64,000 nt of DNA from assembly GCA_965277805.1 (NCBI GenBank), contig OZ255842.1:2080001-2144000 (forward strand). Direction: 5' to 3'. Origin of the DNA: Candidatus Lustribacter sp. Lineage in GTDB: Bacteria > Vulcanimicrobiota > Vulcanimicrobiia > Vulcanimicrobiales > Vulcanimicrobiaceae. Positions 58,751 to 64,000 of this stretch are shown here, one piece after another. Under the pieces are notes generated by a model that did no database searches, was not told the origin of the DNA, and was given only the letters and a program-made list of their open reading frames with translations. Position numbers and translations under genes: made by a program. The number at the start of each line of letters is the position of its first letter. The first letter of the stretch is position 1.

Positions 58751-59467
58751 GTCGGCAGCGCATTCGGGCTCGCAATTCTCACAACGACGCCGTAACCGTC
58801 TTGCACGCTTAGTTATACTTGAACACGAATGGTTCGCGAGGCTGCGCTGCCGGCCGTCGCCGCGGTGGTGGCCGCCGTGTTCTTTGCGACGCGGCGCCGA
58901 TGGGTGCTCATGGCATTAGCGACCATCGTTGCAGGCATGCTCAAACCGAACGACGCGCTGGTGCGGTTGGCGACGCTGCGCGCGGCGATGGCATTCTACG
59001 TCGTCGGCGGGCGTGACCCGCACGAGTTTCGTCGATGCGTCCCGCTCGCATGCGCGCTCTTGCCGCTCATTCCCCCATACGAACACGAACCGGATACGGT
59101 CCTCGCTCTGTTGCAACCGTCAAAAACTGACCGTTGACCGCAACGCCCACGGTATCATCCGCTTTCGGCGACTGCGGGACGTCCGGATTCACCCACACGG
59201 TGCCGTCAGCAAACGTCGCCTTCTCCACCGCAACACGCATCTCCGAATTGAGCTCGTTCTCCGCAAATGAATGCTTGATGAACACCCCAGTCGCGAAAGA
59301 ACCGACATCGTCGAAGCGGTCAACAACATAATCCTTGGTCTCGAGAGCAAACACAACTTCGGTCGCGCCGTAGACCGCAATTGGCCCGAGCCGGCCGCAG
59401 GTGCGTTACTGTATCAGTTACGCCGCCCGTCTACCGGTCGGATGACCGCGCGCGAGAAGGCCTCTCC

Positions 59468-59761
59468 TCAGCAGAATCCCGGGTACAGGAGACGCAGCAG
59501 TGCCAGGCGATCGTCGCGGCCGAGCATAAGGGCGTCCGCGATCCGGCTCAGCAAGCGGGGCGAAACATCGCTTCGCCCGCCTTCGATGAGCGCGTACCAC
59601 ACGCGGCTCACACCGACGGCCTCCGCGAGTTCTTCCTGTGTAACAGCGCGCCCGATCCGGCGCTGCTGACGAAGGTGCGGTCCGATGGCCGGGGCCGTGG
59701 CGGAAAGCTGCTTGCGTCTCGCCTTGATAAAATTGCCGGCGTCAACTACGCGATCTGTCAT
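59468..59761 (-). CDS. XRE-HTH protein
   Basis: IGRAVTQEELAEAVGVSRVWYALIE; homologous to the N-terminus of the 36209 gene. Confidence 0.8.
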   Translation of the reverse strand: MTDRVVDAGNFIKARRKQLSATAPAIGPHLRQQRRIGRAVTQEELAEAVGVSRVWYALIEGGRSDVSPRLLSRIADALMLGRDDRLALLRLLYPGFC

Positions 59762-59936
59762 GCGCGAATGCTAGCCGAACAGCGGTCGCGCGGACAAGAC
59801 GAACCGTGATCCTATGAACGCAGGCTACCGTCATGCAACCGTATACAACCGCTGAACTGTCCGGACTCCAAACGGCTCTCTGCTCGGTACCGTACCAGAG
59901 GAGAGCCCGTACGCTGTGATATAGGAAACCAGCAGC

Positions 59937-60308
59937 ATGAAAACCATCAAGATTCCCAACGCCGATCACCCGATCACCGTCGAGCCGACCTCCGGCCGCG
60001 TCCGCGTGCTTTCGGGCGGCAAGGTTGTCGCCGATACACGCAATGCCCTCACGCTTCGCGAAAGCGACTATCCGCCAGTACAGTATATTCCGCGCAGCGA
60101 TGTTGACATGCAACTGCTCGCTCGCACGGACAATGCGACGTACTGCCCCTACAAAGGTGATGCGGCGTATTACAGCGTGACGCCCGGCGGCGAGCGCGCG
60201 ATCAATGCGGTCTGGACGTACGAAGCACCTTATGAGGCGGTCGCAAGCATCAAAGACCACCTCGCCTTCTACCCGGATCGCGTGGATGCGATCGAGCAGA
60301 CCGCCTAG
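59937..60308 (+). CDS. DUF427 family protein
   Basis: YIPRSDV, TYCPYKGDAAYY, AVWTYEAP, IKDHLAFY. Confidence 0.9.
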   Translation: MKTIKIPNADHPITVEPTSGRVRVLSGGKVVADTRNALTLRESDYPPVQYIPRSDVDMQLLARTDNATYCPYKGDAAYYSVTPGGERAINAVWTYEAPYEAVASIKDHLAFYPDRVDAIEQTA

Positions 60309-60727
60309 TCGTCGTCGAGCCCGTTGTCTTCCATATACTGTAAGAAATCGAGCGAGTACGTGATCTCGGGGTGCTCGGCGAGCCACGGATTTTCCTCGAT
60401 CGCCTCGACCCGGTTACCGAGATAGAGCTCGCGGTTGAGCGCGTAGTTGTTCCAGGCGTCGGCACCACCGGCAACGGCATGTTCTCGCACGTACGCCGCG
60501 ACGTCTTCGTCCGTTTTCGCTGCGGCTACGACGTCGCGAAGATCGTCGGGCTTGATGCCGAGGCTCTCGAGCATCCGCCCGGTGAAGCCTTCGATCGTGT
60601 AGCCCGCGAGATTCCCGCCCGGCAGCGACGCGCGAAACTTATCGATCGAGCGCGGCAGAAAGACGATGCCGGCAAGTTCGTCACGCGTCCGGCGCGGGTG
60701 TTGTTGGCTGAGATCGAGCGGTTCCAT
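60305..60727 (-). CDS. DUF5069-like protein
   Basis: LDLSQQHPR, LAGIVFLPRSIDKFRA.L.G. Confidence 0.7.
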   Translation of the reverse strand: MEPLDLSQQHPRRTRDELAGIVFLPRSIDKFRASLPGGNLAGYTIEGFTGRMLESLGIKPDDLRDVVAAAKTDEDVAAYVREHAVAGGADAWNNYALNRELYLGNRVEAIEENPWLAEHPEITYSLDFLQYMEDNGLDDD

Positions 60728-60789
60728 ACGCCGCCATCAACTCGTACCGCAAACGATCGTTTGCACTAACCTCGACGTTAGTACCCCTG

Positions 60790-61836
60790 TTAGAAGCCCC
60801 CATGATCATCTGAAAGAAAGAAGCGCATGATTTCGCGGCTTGCATCAGGGCCTGTCGGATCTGTGTATGAGCCGGATGCGCTCCCGCCCGACCACGCGTG
60901 CCCTGCGCCGTGAATCACCCATTGTTCGAAGACCGTCTGGCCACTCGCGTTCGTGTACGCTGTTTGCGTGTAGGCGCGGCCGCCGTCAACGTGCCCCGTT
61001 CTCACCCGTTGTTTGCTGTCCGTCATAGCCATCGCTGCGGAAAAACGATCGCCATTGCGCGGATGAACGGTGGCATCACGATCGCCATGAAAGACGATCG
61101 TCCGAATTGGGCGCTGCGTGAACGGCCGGCCCGCCTCGCGGACCCGGGAATCTCCCTCGCCGTCTTTCATCGCCGCGAATGCAGATCCGACGTCATGCGC
61201 TAATCCGCACGTAAGCCCTGAATGGACGGCTAGACCCTGGTACACGTCGGGATACGCGCCGGCGAGAACGGCGGCGGCGGCACCCCCGGCCGACATACCG
61301 GCCACATACACGCCTTTCGGGTCGATTGCGTAGTGCTGCATGACTTCACGCGTGATGCCGGCGATGATCGAGGGCTCACCTCGATCGCGCGCTTGATCGC
61401 CTCGCTTGAACCAATTCCAGCACTTCGAGGCATTCGCGCTCGCCGACTGTTCCGGATAAGCGATGAAGCAGGTGAATTCGTCGGCGAGTTCGTTCATACG
61501 CGTGCCGGCGGCAAAGTCGTCCGGTGATTGCGTGCAGCCATGAAGCATCACGATCAACGGACACGCTTGACCATGATAGTCTCGCGGAACATAGAGTTTG
61601 TACGCCCGCGTTCCGGCGGCGTTCCCGAACGATAATGACAAGAATTGGCCGGCCGGGTCGACCTCGCTTCGTTCCATCGCTACGGGCGGCAATGCGAGAG
61701 TAAGGATGGGTGCGCGGCGTTCGGGTACTGAGCCGCCGCGCAGTGTCTGTTGCAGGAGGGCAGTGGCAGCAACGAGATCGCCGGCGCGCGTCAGTTGCAG
61801 CGCCGCGCGCATATTGTTGAGCGGGAGAGGGTTCAT
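60790..61836 (-). CDS. PHB depolymerase family esterase (LpqC-like)
   Basis: MLHGCTQ, CWNWF, GMSAGG, FHGDRD, GHAWSGG. Confidence 0.92.
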   Translation of the reverse strand: MNPLPLNNMRAALQLTRAGDLVAATALLQQTLRGGSVPERRAPILTLALPPVAMERSEVDPAGQFLSLSFGNAAGTRAYKLYVPRDYHGQACPLIVMLHGCTQSPDDFAAGTRMNELADEFTCFIAYPEQSASANASKCWNWFKRGDQARDRGEPSIIAGITREVMQHYAIDPKGVYVAGMSAGGAAAAVLAGAYPDVYQGLAVHSGLTCGLAHDVGSAFAAMKDGEGDSRVREAGRPFTQRPIRTIVFHGDRDATVHPRNGDRFSAAMAMTDSKQRVRTGHVDGGRAYTQTAYTNASGQTVFEQWVIHGAGHAWSGGSASGSYTDPTGPDASREIMRFFLSDDHGGF

Positions 61837-61851
61837 AAGGTACTTTCAGTG

Positions 61852-62289
61852 CTAGGACGTCCGGTCAGCGAGAGCCGCTTTCACGGCGGGACTGGCTTGA
61901 ATGGCGCCAAGCACGGTGATAGAAGCAATGGTCGCGCGTGCGAGATCGGGCGTAACATCCGCTGCGATTCGAACCAGTCCCAGAACACGAATGTGCACCG
62001 AGCGTCCGGATTCACGTAACGATTCTAAAAATTTCCGGTCGTAGTCGTGCAATCCCAAGTCGAAATTCTTTCGGCTCACCGACTGCTTGAGGACGTCAGC
62101 ATGTTCGGTCAGCTGATTGCGGATTGCGGTCCGAATGAAATCGGTTCGATTGGAATAGAACCCATCGGCGACGATGAGATCGATTTGACCCAAGTCCACG
62201 AATCCGAGATTGATCGTTATTTTTTCCGTGTCAGCTGCGCGTAAGGCGCTAGCTTGCGGCCCCTTCTTGGAATTCATAACCATCCGCAT
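61852..62289 (-). CDS. CopG/Arc/MetJ ribbon-helix-helix regulator
   Basis: EKITINLGFVDLGQIDL, GFYSNRTDFIRTAIRNQL. Confidence 0.85.
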   Translation of the reverse strand: MRMVMNSKKGPQASALRAADTEKITINLGFVDLGQIDLIVADGFYSNRTDFIRTAIRNQLTEHADVLKQSVSRKNFDLGLHDYDRKFLESLRESGRSVHIRVLGLVRIAADVTPDLARATIASITVLGAIQASPAVKAALADRTS

Positions 62290-62460
62290 ACCATCCCGAC
62301 AGATGGTACGGATTCAGAATGCGGCTGTCAATGCGTGCTCGATTGCGAGCCCGCCGGCGCCGCATTCAAGTCGGCCATCGCTTGCCTGCTGACCTACATT
62401 GAAATCGAGACCGATTTGTAGAAGGCGCATGATATGTTCACGAAAGCTAGGAGGGCATAG

Positions 62461-62721
62461 ATGCAGCCGACTTGGGAACCGCACACCAAACACGGGCACC
62501 TCACGACCCAAAGCGATCTGCCCAGCACGGTCTTTGCCTTCCCCCGCGAACGCAAAGAACCACTGACCGACGCGCAACACGTTCGCAGTGCGATCGCGCG
62601 CTTCAACCAGGTCATCGGTGTTAGCGATGAAGAGCGCGACCTCGCCTTTGCCAACATCCAGAAGGCCGCCGAGTACTACGGCGTTAGGCTCGCCGAACGG
62701 TCGTGGCACGACCTCGCTTAG
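62461..62721 (+). CDS. Small conserved protein (DUF6582-like)
   Basis: LPSTVFAFPRERKEPLTDAQHVRSAIARFNQV; AGGAGG RBS. Confidence 0.75.
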   Translation: MQPTWEPHTKHGHLTTQSDLPSTVFAFPRERKEPLTDAQHVRSAIARFNQVIGVSDEERDLAFANIQKAAEYYGVRLAERSWHDLA

Positions 62722-62731
62722 CGCTCAGCCG

Positions 62732-64000
62732 TCAGCCCTGGTCCGCGCCCAATCGCCGCTCGATAACGAAGCCGTTCTGCCGTTCCGTCACGCCGCTGAA
62801 GGCCGGTGATGCGGCAACCGCCAGCGCGCCGTGCACATCGGCGGACGTGCAACGCGCCAGACTTCCCTCACGCTGTAAGCGCTGATTCACGAGTACGGCA
62901 AGCGCCTCAGCCGTCAACGCATCGCCGCTCCCATCGTTCGCCAGCGACATCTGATAGCTAAGCCCTTCTTGCATCACGTACCGCAATACGACATGCGCCC
63001 GCTGATGTGCCCCGTGCAAATGCTCCGCCCGAAACGTCGTCACGGCGTCCGCCGCGCGGCCCGGCGCAAACAACGGCGCGAGCTGCGACCACATGATCGG
63101 ATGATCGAGCTGACACTCGAGCACGGCAATCAGATCCTCGATCGTCCAAAGCGCGACCCGATGCGTCGCCAACTCTTCAGCAATGCCGCGCTCGTCAGGA
63201 AAATCCAATCCCAGCAACACGGCATACGTCGCCCCGACCGCATCACGCATCCGGGCCGCCTCCGCAACGAATGCAGAACTTCCGTGCAACTTCATCGACG
63301 CAACGGTCTTGCACTCAAATGCAACCTCATATGCAAGCGCCCCGAGCGGCGCCGTCGCAACCACATCCGGCTCGCCCTCGGCACCCAAGCGCTGGGCACT
63401 AAGCCCAAGATACGCCAATGCCTCGGCCACCGCGCGTTCGAACGGCGCGCCGATATTCGGCCCGTCCGCCGGATCCGCCGGCACGTTACGCACCACGGCC
63501 GCGCGCAACTGTGCGATCAACGCATCCAGCGCCGTACGATCGTGCTGCGGCTCAACGTGACCCGCAAATGGGTTCACCGGCACGTTCAGCCGGTACGTTC
63601 CATCCGGCAATAACAGAAATTCGGGTTTTTCGCCGCGATCGCGCTGTCGATCCAAAAGCGTCGCAATCCCATGCTGCACGTACGCCGGAATCGTCGATTT
63701 CGGCAACAGCCCGCGAGCAATGGCACTCGAGCAAATCTCGGCGGCCGAATGCGCCCGCTCATCGGCCAAAATCGCCCTCACCGCCGCAAGAATCTGCCCA
63801 TGCCCTTCCCCCGAAACCAACAACGCCTCCGTCACGAGGAGCTTGTCGTTCTCTGTCACCCCGAGCTCGTCGAGGGGCCGCCCCAACCGCTGCTTTCCAA
63901 TTCGCTGGACCTCAGCATCAAACACATCCTCGGTCATGCGCCCAAACGCCGCAACGTCGAGCGGAGCCGTCACAAGATCCAACTCATCCCAACGCACGGG
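62732..64000 (-). CDS. Winged-HTH (HARE-HTH-like) plus PD-(D/E)xK restriction-endonuclease-like protein, 5' partial
   Basis: FERAVAEAL..LG, GEPDVVA...AFECKT nuclease motif; HSAAEICSSAIARGLL HTH; frame open to the window edge. Confidence 0.7.
   Translation of the reverse strand, partial: PVRWDELDLVTAPLDVAAFGRMTEDVFDAEVQRIGKQRLGRPLDELGVTENDKLLVTEALLVSGEGHGQILAAVRAILADERAHSAAEICSSAIARGLLPKSTIPAYVQHGIATLLDRQRDRGEKPEFLLLPDGTYRLNVPVNPFAGHVEPQHDRTALDALIAQLRAAVVRNVPADPADGPNIGAPFERAVAEALAYLGLSAQRLGAEGEPDVVATAPLGALAYEVAFECKTVASMKLHGSSAFVAEAARMRDAVGATYAVLLGLDFPDERGIAEELATHRVALWTIEDLIAVLECQLDHPIMWSQLAPLFAPGRAADAVTTFRAEHLHGAHQRAHVVLRYVMQEGLSYQMSLANDGSGDALTAEALAVLVNQRLQREGSLARCTSADVHGALAVAASPAFSGVTERQNGFVIERRLGADQG
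63854..63884 (+). repeat. REP-like palindrome, copy 6 (intragenic, frame preserved)
   Basis: TGTCACCCCGAGCTCGTCGAGGGGCCGCCCC; read as GRPLDELGVT on the - strand. Confidence 0.85.

Noticed and set aside
35702-63884. CRISPR array from the ~30-bp repeats
   Set aside because: Copies are kilobases apart, with no regular spacers and no cas genes
1-64000. tRNA (including tRNA-Sec), rRNA, integrase, transposase or prophage genes
   Set aside because: None recognised by eye; a covariance-model search is needed to exclude small RNAs

Overview
High-GC bacterial window. Its lipoproteins, HTH family and many orphan substrate-binding proteins resemble Ca. Eremiobacterota/Vulcanimicrobiia; this placement is inference from recall, not a search. 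1-27.5 kb is an aromatic/xenobiotic catabolic island: aryl-acid adenylating ligase, gentisate-type cupin dioxygenase, FAA hydrolase, 4,5-dihydroxyphthalate-decarboxylase-like protein, Rieske oxygenases, VOC enzymes and MarR/TetR/XRE regulators. The island holds two paralogous modules, each with a tandem-GlcG protein, a Rieske oxygenase, YciI and a GrdB/PrdB-like protein. In copy 1 the GrdB/PrdB-like gene appears to be a selenoprotein: an in-frame TGA at 18042-18044 gives U-P-L-C, a SECIS-like hairpin starts 11 nt downstream, and a lone lipoyl-carrier gcvH follows. Copy 2 has C-P-A-C at the aligned site. 27.5-30.4 kb is a lower-GC patch of small ORFs and regulators. 30.5-64 kb encodes a sulfatase, lipoproteins, a TauD dioxygenase, ABC/MFS transport, a third Rieske oxygenase, an LLM monooxygenase, stress genes and a partial HTH-restriction-endonuclease-like gene. 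Six co-oriented ~30-bp REP-like palindromes sit in zones of strong C/A-over-G/T skew on the + strand; three supply stop codons and one lies inside an open frame. Several genes survive only as internally deleted or frameshifted remnants. No rRNA, tRNA, CRISPR array, integrase or transposase was recognised.
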